A DNA stretch of 64,000 nucleotides from Rhynchopus sp. YZ270_cl-10 (taxonomy: Eukaryota), in assembly GCA_964035575.1 (NCBI GenBank), contig OZ037840.1:1364001-1428000 (forward strand), written 5' to 3'. Position numbers and translations under genes: made by a program. Under the pieces are notes generated by a model, which did not search any database, was not told the origin of the DNA, and saw only the letters and a list, made by a program, of their open reading frames with translations. Positions 1-11,091 of this stretch are shown one piece after another; position 1 is the stretch's first letter; every line of letters begins with the position of its first letter.

Positions 1-271
1 CTCCTACTAGACTTGCTGTAGTGTTTCTTGTTGTTCACCCTTCAGCTCTACAGCCCTTTTTTTTTTAATTTTGTACAGTATTCCTGACAGAGATGGAGAT
101 AGATTTGGGGTTTTCAAAAAAGACCCGGTCTGAGCTTTTTAGGGTCAAAATTTTTTTTCCGACCGATTTTCTCCCAAATACCTTTTTTTTTTATTTTTTC
201 CAGACCGGGTTTTTTGCCAAAATCCCATTTTTTTTTTTTTTTTACTGTTTGTGTTATAAATAGTAAGTATA

Positions 272-3156
272 CACGGTGGCCCATTCCTACCCTTAGGGTA
301 GGGTCCGCGGGGGGTACCCCATGGGGTACCCCCCAGACTACCCCATGGGGTACCCCCCAAATCTGAGGGGTACCCCATGGGGTACCCCCCAGACTACCCC
401 CGGGGGTACCCCATGGGGTACCCCCGGTACAGGTACACAGGTACACAGGTACACAGGTACACAGGTACACAGGTACACAGGTACACAGGTACACAGGTAC
501 ACAGGTACACAGGTACACAGGTACACAGGTACACAGGTACACAGGTACACAGGTACACAGGTACACAGGTACACAGGTACACAGGTACACAGGTACACAG
601 GTACACAGGTACACAGGTACACAGGTACACAGGTACACAGGTACACAGGTACACAGGTACAGCCAGAGTGCCAGAGTCAAGGGTCCGCGCGGGGTCCGCC
701 CCCCAATGACATAACGAAGTATCGCTTGAAAATACCGTTCAATATATGTTGCTTGGTGTGCATGAAGAAGGACACACAAGGTATATCAAACGATAAATCA
801 ATCAGATAAACGTTACATCATCGGAAAATTGTTGGCACCGCCCCCCTGTCTTCGTATTTATTACGTCGACAGGCCAAACAGCGTTGGGCTCAGAAGAAGC
901 AGTGCAAGACAGTCACTGGGGATCAACATGAGAACCAACTCCCAACAACACAGGCTACCGAAGTAGCAGGTGGGGTGTTGCGGGTGTTTGGGGTGAGAAA
1001 ATCGATTTTGGTAAGTTGCAGCAGAACATTCTTAAGTTCGCACTAGTCGAGAGAGGCTTACCCGCTGCAGTGAAGCAGTGCACCCATTTAAGGGTGGAGA
1101 AGCGTGACACGCACATACAAGTATGTACGTTACTTCAACAAAGGCTGAATTCTGGTAATTCTAAGGGATGTGAATTCAGCCACCACGCAGGTAGTGTTTT
1201 AAGGTTCCTCGCTTTGTGCTACACAGCGGACTCATGACACAAAGGAGTTGCCCCCGCTCTCTTTCGCGCAAACTTAAGAAAATTCTGGAGTCACTACAAC
1301 CTGGCGTGCGGGTACAGATGCATTGCTTTGTTCTTTCCTCAAAGTCATATCTGATCTCTCGGGTCTGTACTAAAGTCAGTGTTTAGATAAGCATCCACTT
1401 GACTCGTTCTAACAACCGTTGAAATCTAGAACAAAACAATACACTGCCCCTTCTCACACCAAGCCGCCATGCTTCAAGAGCATGCCCTGGGCAAAAATTA
1501 CTGTGACAAAAATTGGTTTTCTGGGGGAACGCGATATTTTCTTGTGCCTACTGTAGTCCTCCGCAAGAGCAGAGGACAGACTTTCCGGATCCCGAAGTCG
1601 AATTTTTTGCACTAGCTATGCTCCCTGGGTTAAATGGCTATAGCAGTGACTGACTAAGAGTTTCATAATAATTGGGGCGGTCTATGGGGTGGGTTAATGG
1701 AAAAATTGGTTTAAAAACCCAACTTTTGCGGTCCCCACCCGGTTTGCAATAATTGCACCAGCTCTTCCATCGGCACTGTTTCGCTGTCACGATGAAGGGT
1801 CGTCGGTTCGGGTACCTGTTGAGAGAAATTGAGTGCAAAAGTAGAGACTGCAACAAAAAAAATCAAACAAACAAACAAGAAGCCGCTCCGTACCTCTTCC
1901 ATGCAAAAAAGAAAGTAAAAGACTGCCCTTCCTCAGTCCGGAAGTAGCACCTCATCCGGTTCCCTGACGTAAAAGAGTTGTAGAGGTTACGAGATGCCAT
2001 GATAAAAAAGTAAAAGTGACAATTTTGACAATAAAAATATGCTTCGATTTACATCCGAGCGGGACAAAGGCGAAAAGGGGGAGCGGGGGGGTGTAAAAAC
2101 CGGGGCTTAAAAACATACCTTGCAGCACTCGCTCGGCCTACTCTCCAGGTACGAGAACATCACTGCACGAACAATCCCACTGATACTGATACCTGCATTC
2201 TATTTGTTGCCACATGGTAAAAATGACCAAAACTTCGACCAATTTTTTTTTTCTTCACAATTTGCTCATTGAGGCTTTGTATTTTTTGGGCCATTTATGA
2301 CCCACCACGCCCGATTTTGGGCGAGAAGAAAAAAAAATTTGGGTCAAAAATCGACGCGTCTTTGGTAAAATCACGACTTTTCGGGCGCGAAACCACGTTT
2401 TAGACCCCCACAGATGCTCAAAAGTGCCAAATTTTGCTTTTAATGGCCTCAAAGGATCACGGGAGCACCCCTCGTAATTACGAGGGCTCCCCACGCCGTG
2501 ACGTCGTCATTGCGCGCGTAATTTCCCACGTATGCGGGCGTGGTTGGTCATAAAATGGCCCAAAAACCCCAAACAAAACCTCAGATTGACCAAATCGAGG
2601 AAAAATTGTCAAGTCGAAATTTCAGCCAAAATACGGTCATTTTGGTTATACCCCGCGGTGTATGCAGTAGCTAGAACACGTACACAGCTAAGTTCCTAAG
2701 CGATTTCCTTCACATTTTTCATGAAAAATTGGTCAAAAATCGACTTGTCTTTGGTAAAAAAACCACGAAAAATCGGCTGCGCAAAACCACGTTTTAGACC
2801 CCCACAGATGCTCAAAAGTGCCAATTTTTGCTTTTAATGGCCTCAAATCGTCGAAATTAGGCCTATATAGGGCAAAAAAAAATTTTTGAGAGTCCCTTTC
2901 CCTGGGAGGCAATAGCCACCGGGTGTGCAGGGGGTACCCCGGGGGGTACCCTGAGGGGTACCCCTCGGGGTACCCCAAACCCCCCAAAGGGTACCCCGCG
3001 CGGACCCTACCCAACCCTGTGGGGTACCCCCTGGGGTAGCCCACGCGAGGGGGTACCCCCCGCGGACCCTACCCTGTGTGGTACCCTACCCTGCGGGGTA
3101 CCCCTTTTGGGGGTACCCCCGGGGGTACCCCCAAAAGGGTCCGCTGGGCCACCGTG
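272..3156. mobile_element. Non-autonomous DNA transposon, 12-bp TIR CACGGTGGCCCA, TA TSD (CMC/EnSpm-like or Tc1/mariner-like)
   Basis: CACGGTGGCCCA at 272-283 and TGGGCCACCGTG at 3145-3156. Flanks are AAGTA-TA|...|TA-TGAATG, whereas other array units show the empty site AAGTATATGAATG (e.g. 8111-8123). GGGTACCC palindromic subterminal repeats at both ends; no transposase ORF. Confidence 0.9.
431..660. repeat. 8-bp minisatellite (AGGTACAC)n, about 28-29 copies
   Basis: Perfect tandem repeat inside the left end of the CAC element. Confidence 0.97.
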
Positions 3157-4037
3157 TATGAATGTATTTTTTTTTTTTTTTTTTTTTTTGGCCCGGTCTT
3201 GCGACCGGGTCAATAGATGCACCTCCAACCCTGAATTTCCTGATTCACCCAATAATGGTTTTGTCATCTGTGTCCAAGTTATGCTTCGCGGTACACGAGA
3301 CTTCTTCGCAGCGTGTTTCAACCTTTTTTCGTTGTGATAGCTCTATTTCTTTGTTTTTGTTTTTTTCCCCTTCTTTTCTGGTAGCAGTAGATTTGAACTC
3401 GTTTTATGTTGTATTCCTGAGGAACGTACGCTCCATCTGGGAATGCTGAATTCCCACAATGACGTAAGTTTGTCAAGCGAATACCTTTTTCTCGAGAAAC
3501 TAAATACCTGTACTTTATCGTCGGTGTGTTGTCTGGCAAACGGAATATACCACCCATGTATTTTCTGGTCTATTTTTTTTCCGTACACGGTATTACATTT
3601 TCTAACTTCCCTTTTTGTGTTCCACGTGACCAGTGAGGCACATAAGCCTTTGTGAAGTCACGTATTTCTCTTATCGGCATGCTTTGTGATGTACGAATCC
3701 CCTTTTTCTTTGGGACTACAGAGTCACACGTGTCCTCCCCATGCAGTTGAGTCTCCTTGGGATCGAGCGAGCTCAACGACAGTGGTGAACTGGACCCAGC
3801 ACTTTGTATGCCTTGGCCGCCATGTTTATTTTAATTTTTTTATAAGACATGTGTGCATTTCTAGTGAAATTTTTCAGTATCCACGAGTCGTTTTTTCCCT
3901 CCCGTGCTCCCCATCTCTCACACATACATTACATCTTCATCAGGAAAATTGTCAATTTTTCGTTCATTATTGTGAACAGCGTTTGGTGTTTTTTCAAAAA
4001 AAAAAAAAAAAAAAAATGTGTGACTGAGTGTGGGGAT

Positions 4038-4829
4038 CAGGGGTCCTAAGAGTGGTAACTTTTACCACTTCTGAAGTGACCTTTTTTATTTTTTTGAAAT
4101 CCGAAGGTCACTTCGAAGTGACCTTCGAAAAGTGCCCTAAAAAGTGACCTTTTTATTTTTATTTTTTGAAATCCGGTGTCACGAAGTGACCTCGGATGCT
4201 TAACATACACCGGGAACACGTTGGAGGGTCCGGGAATTTTTTTCTTTTTTGCCAAGATCAGGGGTCTGCAGGGCTGCAGGTTGCCACAATTTTAAGCGCA
4301 TTTTTTTGAAATGTTGCGTACCGTGGCTTCGCCAGAAACTTTCGTTTTAGCAAAATACGTAAGTAATTTACGTAAACTGACGATAATTACCAACGACAGT
4401 GCCATTTTATGTCAACATTTTTTAGAAATGTTGCGTACCGTGACTTCGCCAGGAACCTTTGGGTGACATGACCGCCGCTTCTTTTATAGATGTACTGAGG
4501 TTACTGATAAGAAGGCCGACACCCACTAAACATCTGCCAAAACATCTGCCTATGGCTGTGTTGTGTTATTCGTGGTAAGAAGCGTAACGGTGGCACCAGA
4601 CTGCGAGACCGCGAAATTGCCTCACAAAAAAAAATCGTATCTAGTACTCTGTCCCTATGATACGGCGATAACCAACGTCCGGTGTATGTCCGAGGAATTT
4701 GCACCTTTTCGACCTCACTTTTGTTGTTCCTCTGAGGGGGGAAAGTTTTTTTTTTCCCTCCCCAAAAAACGAGAAGTGACCTTGAAGTTACCATTTTTAA
4801 TTTTTTTGAGAACAGCGTTAGGACCCCTG
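4038..4829. mobile_element. hAT-type MITE, 792 bp, TIR CAGGGGTCCTAA, 8-bp TSD GTGGGGAT
   Basis: TIRs at 4038-4049 and 4818-4829; TSD at 4030-4037 and 4830-4837; repeated AAGTGACC subterminal motifs; empty site visible at 51661-51668. Confidence 0.92.
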
Positions 4830-6080
4830 GTGGGGATGCGTTCAAGAATTAAACTCTTCCCCCGAAACCCCCTTTCATCTCTAGTTTTCTTTGTCCAAAC
4901 GTCGAGTGGACGCGTAATTTTTTTTTTTTTTTTTTTTTCATTTTTATCGTTTCAGTGCTATCAATGTATTGATTGCGCAGTATTATGTTGAAATACTAAT
5001 TTTTAATTTGTCTCCGTCCCACCCACTACAGCCCACCCCATTCCTCCGAACATTGTTCGGTTGTCTTGAAAGTCGCCACAAACCGTCTTTTTTCTCCTTT
5101 TTTTTTTCTCCCTTTGCTACAAAAAAAAAAAAAAAACAAAGACGGGAGGTGTCGCTTTTGAGCGTCCTTTGTGTGCTTTCTATTCTTTGAATGGAAAGTA
5201 CATGAAATTAGTTTTGTTACATTTAGCAAGATGTGTACAGATACGTTCATGTTTCAAAAACAATATATTTTTGCTTCATGACAGTCTTGGCAGATCTTAC
5301 GAACTATTTGTCGTCCTTTCTTTTTTGTGCTTCCTTCTTTTGCTTTCATCCGGATGGCTGGCATCATACGTGGGTCAGTCGGAGGTGCCTGCATCAACAA
5401 CTACTATTTCCCCCTGCAAAACAACACAATCCGGGTGTTCGATAACCCCACGGATCCTCACTGGCTGCATATCAGAGACGTTTTGCCCTATCTCTTTTCC
5501 ACCCATACTTCCCCTTGTCAGAATGGCCCACTAGGTAGCGAAGAGACCTCGGTCCCTTCCCCTGCCTGTTCCATGGCCTGGTTTTGCTGCTAAAGGAAGA
5601 ACAATAAAAGCCACCCCTTTCCCCCCCACTGTTTTTTTAGGTCACCTTTTGGTGCTGCCTTCAACTCTTTAATAACTCCCTCCCCCTTTGCTAATCGAGC
5701 ACAACTCGGGTTTTGTACGAACCTTCCTGGGCGATTGTTTCATAACCATGGAGTTACATGAATAGAAGAAAGTTTGTACTGTCTGATGATGCTGTCTGAA
5801 CCTCTTCTGTGTCACTAGCACAGCGCACAGTAGGTCGAGTATTTGTGGCCATTGCTCAAAGGTGTGAAGGTTTGATGCTCCCATGGAAACCCCCTACCCT
5901 CTACTGCACAGTTGCACAGTAATGCGAGAGTACAACTGACTCGGAACAGCTTTGGAGTGGGCTTGCCTCCCGAGGTGTATGCACCTTCTGTGCTGCAATA
6001 TAGGAACTATGTTCTGCTCCTCGTGTTCCCAGTGAGAACTGAATCACGCCGAGCTTGTTGACTGTCTGTGTGCTTGCACC

Positions 6081-6095
6081 CCACACTCACTCCAG
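6081..6095 (+). promoter_or_regulatory. Candidate trans-splice acceptor (C/A-rich tract ending in CAG) upstream of the surface-protein ATG; present in every gene-bearing unit
   Basis: CCACACTCACTCCAG ends 37 nt upstream of ATG 6133; depends on the euglenozoan inference. Confidence 0.3.
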
Positions 6096-6132
6096 ATAAG
6101 CCATACACCCTTTGCAACACACTCTCCACACC

Positions 6133-7707
6133 ATGTATTCAGTTCTTGTGGCAGCCATGGCGCTGCACGCTGGTGTGCACAACCTCGACAATAGCAGTGG
6201 CATCGTGGACTGGCTTCTTCCCGGGCAAATTGCCGACACGGTCTGGACTGTTTCCTGTGACGGCACGTTTGTGGTGCAGTACTTGAACGACTTTGGTGGC
6301 GAGTTCATCATCAGCATCGACGGGAAAGAGGAGTCACGTGTCAGTGGTGAGCACACGACACTGACGAAAACAAGCTTTTCAGCAAACACAACTGTGTCGA
6401 TGACTGCGAGTGTGAAGTCGCATGGGAACAAGAAGGTTCTGTTCTCGTGGGCCTGTGACGCTATGCCTGCTGCTCTTCCATCAACACTGAACACTGCTGG
6501 GGATGTGAGCCACATGAAGTACGGGCCAAGTGAGTTGGTGTACTGGACCCTGCAGTGCAAGGAACACGAAGACGTGCGCATCACCTGGACGTCTTTCAAC
6601 ATTGGCAACGACTCTCTGTGGATGAGGGCCCGGCCCACCTTCTTCAACGCGACAGGTTTGGACACTGTTGAGGACTTCACCTTCACTTCGACAGGATCCA
6701 CCTACGTGTTCTTCAAAAGTGAGGCTGGCAGTGATGGTGGTGACTTTGCCTTCCGTTACGAGTGTCTGTCGAACGACATTGTACTGCCGAGCAGTGGCAT
6801 CGTGGACAGGTTGCTTCCCGCAAAGATCGCTGACACCGTCTGGACTGTTTCTTGTCGCGGCATCTTTGTGGTGCAGTACTTGAACGACTTTGGTGGCGAC
6901 TTCATCATCAGCATCGACGGGAATGAGAACTTACGTGTCAGTGGTGAGGACAGCAGAGTTACCAAACTGTACTTTCCAACACACGCAACTGCGTCGATGA
7001 CTGCGAGTGTGAAGACTGGGAACAAGAAGGTGCTGTTCTCGTGGGCCTGTGACGCTATGCCTGCTGCTCTTCCATCAACACTGAACACTGCTGGGGATGT
7101 GAGCCACATGAAGTACGGGCCGAATGAGCTGGTGTACTGGGTTCTGCAGTGCAAGGAACACGAAGAAGTGAACATCACCTGGACGTCTTTCGACATTGGC
7201 AACGACTCTCTGTGGATGGTGCAGAGAGAGAGCGGAGTCTGGACCACCTTCTTCAACGCGTCTGGTTTGGACACTGTTGAGGACTTCACCTTCACTTCGG
7301 CAGGATCCACCTTCGTGGTGTTCACCAGTGAGGCTGGCAGTGATGGTGGTGACTTTGCCTTCCGTTACGAGTGTCTGTCCACACCTGCGCCTCCCACAGC
7401 AGAACCGCCGGCTACACCGACAGGAGCACCAACAGCACTGCCGACAGCAGATCTTGACACAAAGGGAGCGTTTGCGTCTACTGATTCAGACGACGGAGGG
7501 CTCTCTGTGGGTGCCATTATCGGTATCAGTGTCGGTGTGGGTCTTGTTGCGATTGCGGCTGTGGTGCTCGTGGTGTGCTATGTGGCAAGGAAGCAAACGA
7601 CCAGAGCACCTAAATCCCCTAATGCATTCAACGAGTACAGCAAGGCGTATCCCTGTGCTCAGGGCAAAGAGCTCCCGGGGAGTTATGGCGAACAAAGCGT
7701 TGTGTAG
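6133..7707 (+). CDS. Type I membrane/surface protein (524 aa): signal peptide, two ~197-aa tandem repeats with CUB-like beta domains, P/T-rich stalk, TM helix, short cytoplasmic tail (copy 1)
   Basis: ATG at 6133 (the ORF track starts at an upstream TTG). Hydrophobic N-terminus MYSVLVAAMALHAG; CUB-like pattern YGPxELVYWxLQC...ITWTSF...NDSLW...FxSEAGSDGGDFAFRYEC twice; stalk TPAPPTAEPPATPTGAPT; TM AIIGISVGVGLVAIAAVVLVVCYVA followed by RK. Confidence 0.88.
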   Translation: MYSVLVAAMALHAGVHNLDNSSGIVDWLLPGQIADTVWTVSCDGTFVVQYLNDFGGEFIISIDGKEESRVSGEHTTLTKTSFSANTTVSMTASVKSHGNKKVLFSWACDAMPAALPSTLNTAGDVSHMKYGPSELVYWTLQCKEHEDVRITWTSFNIGNDSLWMRARPTFFNATGLDTVEDFTFTSTGSTYVFFKSEAGSDGGDFAFRYECLSNDIVLPSSGIVDRLLPAKIADTVWTVSCRGIFVVQYLNDFGGDFIISIDGNENLRVSGEDSRVTKLYFPTHATASMTASVKTGNKKVLFSWACDAMPAALPSTLNTAGDVSHMKYGPNELVYWVLQCKEHEEVNITWTSFDIGNDSLWMVQRESGVWTTFFNASGLDTVEDFTFTSAGSTFVVFTSEAGSDGGDFAFRYECLSTPAPPTAEPPATPTGAPTALPTADLDTKGAFASTDSDDGGLSVGAIIGISVGVGLVAIAAVVLVVCYVARKQTTRAPKSPNAFNEYSKAYPCAQGKELPGSYGEQSVV

Positions 7708-8996
7708 AGGAAAGAACTTTGAAAAGAGAGTTAAAAGTCCCTGAAACCGATGAGTGATAAGAGTTAGAGCCCCGTTCAAACCTGCTGCCAAACTTGGCCG
7801 TAGGACGTCAGGTCGTATTCGTGGCACCTACCTTGTCTTTGTATTGCTCCTACTAGACTTGCTGTAGTGTTTCTTGTTGTTCACCCTTCAGCTCTACAGC
7901 CCTTTTTTTTTTAATTTTGTACAGTATTCCTGACAGAGATGGAGATAGATTTGGGGTTTTCAAAAAAGACCCGGTCTGAGCTTTTTAGGGTCAAAATTTT
8001 TTTTCCGACCGATTTTCTCCCAAATACCTTTTTTTTTTATTTTTTCCAGACCGGGTTTTTTGCCAAAATCCCATTTTTTTTTTTTTTTTACTGTTTGTGT
8101 TATAAATAGTAAGTATATGAATGTATTTTTTTTTTTTTTTTTTTTTTTGGCCCGGTCTTGCGACCGGGTCAATAGATGCACCTCCAACCCTGAATTTCCT
8201 GATTCACCCAATAATGGTTTTGTCATCTGTGTCCAAGTTATGCTTCGCGGTACACGAGACTTCTTCGCAGCGTGTTTCAACCTTTTTTCGTTGTGATAGC
8301 TCTATTTCTTTGTTTTTGTTTTTTTCCCCTTCTTTTCTGGTAGCAGTAGATTTGAACTCGTTTTATGTTGTATTCCTGAGGAACGTACGCTCCATCTGGG
8401 AATGCTGAATTCCCACAATGACGTAAGTTTGTCAAGCGAATACCTTTTTCTCGAGAAACTAAATACCTGTACTTTATCGTCGGTGTGTTGTCTGGCAAAC
8501 GGAATATACCACCCATGTATTTTCTGGTCTATTTTTTTTCCGTACACGGTATTACATTTTCTAACTTCCCTTTTTGTGTTCCACGTGACCAGTGAGGCAC
8601 ATAAGCCTTTGTGAAGTCACGTATTTCTCTTATCGGCATGCTTTGTGATGTACGAATCCCCTTTTTCTTTGGGACTACAGAGTCACACGTGTCCTCCCCA
8701 TGCAGTTGAGTCTCCTTGGGATCGAGCGAGCTCAACGACAGTGGTGAACTGGACCCAGCACTTTGTATGCCTTGGCCGCCATGTTTATTTTAATTTTTTT
8801 ATAAGACATGTGTGCATTTCTAGTGAAATTTTTCAGTATCCACGAGTCGTTTTTTCCCTCCCGTGCTCCCCATCTCTCACACATACATTACATCTTCATC
8901 AGGAAAATTGTCAATTTTTCGTTCATTATTGTGAACAGCGTTTGGTGTTTTTTCAAAAAAAAAAAAAAAAAAAAATGTGTGACTGAGTGTGGGGAT

Positions 8997-9788
8997 CAGG
9001 GGTCCTAAGAGTGGTAACTTTTACCACTTCTGAAGTGACCTTTTTTATTTTTTTGAAATCCGAAGGTCACTTCGAAGTGACCTTCGAAAAGTGCCCTAAA
9101 AAGTGACCTTTTTATTTTTATTTTTTGAAATCCGGTGTCACGAAGTGACCTCGGATGCTTAACATACACCGGGAACACGTTGGAGGGTCCGGGAATTTTT
9201 TTCTTTTTTGCCAAGATCAGGGGTCTGCAGGGCTGCAGGTTGCCACAATTTTAAGCGCATTTTTTTGAAATGTTGCGTACCGTGGCTTCGCCAGAAACTT
9301 TCGTTTTAGCAAAATACGTAAGTAATTTACGTAAACTGACGATAATTACCAACGACAGTGCCATTTTATGTCAACATTTTTTAGAAATGTTGCGTACCGT
9401 GACTTCGCCAGGAACCTTTGGGTGACATGACCGCCGCTTCTTTTATAGATGTACTGAGGTTACTGATAAGAAGGCCGACACCCACTAAACATCTGCCAAA
9501 ACATCTGCCTATGGCTGTGTTGTGTTATTCGTGGTAAGAAGCGTAACGGTGGCACCAGACTGCGAGACCGCGAAATTGCCTCACAAAAAAAAATCGTATC
9601 TAGTACTCTGTCCCTATGATACGGCGATAACCAACGTCCGGTGTATGTCCGAGGAATTTGCACCTTTTCGACCTCACTTTTGTTGTTCCTCTGAGGGGGG
9701 AAAGTTTTTTTTTTCCCTCCCCAAAAAACGAGAAGTGACCTTGAAGTTACCATTTTTAATTTTTTTGAGAACAGCGTTAGGACCCCTG
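8997..9788. mobile_element. hAT-type MITE (array copy)
   Basis: Same TIR/TSD as 4038-4829. Confidence 0.9.
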
Positions 9789-11091
9789 GTGGGGATGCGT
9801 TCAAGAATTAAACTCTTCCCCCGAAACCCCCTTTCATCTCTAGTTTTCTTTGTCCAAACGTCGAGTGGACGCGTAATTTTTTTTTTTTTTTTTTTTTCAT
9901 TTTTATCGTTTCAGTGCTATCAATGTATTGATTGCGCAGTATTATGTTGAAATACTAATTTTTAATTTGTCTCCGTCCCACCCACTACAGCCCACCCCAT
10001 TCCTCCGAACATTGTTCGGTTGTCTTGAAAGTCGCCACAAACCGTCTTTTTTCTCCTTTTTTTTTTCTCCCTTTGCTACAAAAAAAAAAAAAAAACAAAG
10101 ACGGGAGGTGTCGCTTTTGAGCGTCCTTTGTGTGCTTTCTATTCTTTGAATGGAAAGTACATGAAATTAGTTTTGTTACATTTAGCAAGATGTGTACAGA
10201 TACGTTCATGTTTCAAAAACAATATATTTTTGCTTCATGACAGTCTTGGCAGATCTTACGAACTATTTGTCGTCCTTTCTTTTTTGTGCTTCCTTCTTTT
10301 GCTTTCATCCGGATGGCTGGCATCATACGTGGGTCAGTCGGAGGTGCCTGCATCAACAACTACTATTTCCCCCTGCAAAACAACACAATCCGGGTGTTCG
10401 ATAACCCCACGGATCCTCACTGGCTGCATATCAGAGACGTTTTGCCCTATCTCTTTTCCACCCATACTTCCCCTTGTCAGAATGGCCCACTAGGTAGCGA
10501 AGAGACCTCGGTCCCTTCCCCTGCCTGTTCCATGGCCTGGTTTTGCTGCTAAAGGAAGAACAATAAAAGCCACCCCTTTCCCCCCCACTGTTTTTTTAGG
10601 TCACCTTTTGGTGCTGCCTTCAACTCTTTAATAACTCCCTCCCCCTTTGCTAATCGAGCACAACTCGGGTTTTGTACGAACCTTCCTGGGCGATTGTTTC
10701 ATAACCATGGAGTTACATGAATAGAAGAAAGTTTGTACTGTCTGATGATGCTGTCTGAACCTCTTCTGTGTCACTAGCACAGCGCACAGTAGGTCGAGTA
10801 TTTGTGGCCATTGCTCAAAGGTGTGAAGGTTTGATGCTCCCATGGAAACCCCCTACCCTCTACTGCACAGTTGCACAGTAATGCGAGAGTACAACTGACT
10901 CGGAACAGCTTTGGAGTGGGCTTGCCTCCCGAGGTGTATGCACCTTCTGTGCTGCAATATAGGAACTATGTTCTGCTCCTCGTGTTCCCAGTGAGAACTG
11001 AATCACGCCGAGCTTGTTGACTGTCTGTGTGCTTGCACCCCACACTCACTCCAGATAAGCCATACACCCTTTGCAACACACTCTCCACACC

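Noticed and set aside
272..278. CACGGTG resembles the RSS heptamer CACAGTG (Transib/RAG-like)
   Set aside because: TSD is 2 bp (TA), not the 5 bp of Transib/RAG transposons; no nonamer-like motif or transposase seen
114..809. Long ORFs with YLCTCVPV / GTQVHRYT repeats
   Set aside because: They are translations of the (AGGTACAC)n minisatellite, open in nearly every frame on both strands
3508..3521. CTGTACTTTATCG in each unit resembles the spliced-leader 3' end, which would suggest an SL RNA gene array
   Set aside because: Only an 11-nt core match; no 39-nt SL exon or recognisable SL intron/Sm site
3007..6086. Numerous 60-140 aa ORFs in each array unit
   Set aside because: They run through homopolymer tracts, change with homopolymer length between units, many have non-ATG starts, and none shows a recognisable domain
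6112..6132. ORF-track start of the 531-aa protein
   Set aside because: It is a TTG codon; ATG 6133 gives a plausible signal peptide in a eukaryotic context
6087..7827. Antisense and alternate-frame ORFs (204, 189, 182, 113 aa) over the surface gene
   Set aside because: Shadow frames of the real CDS
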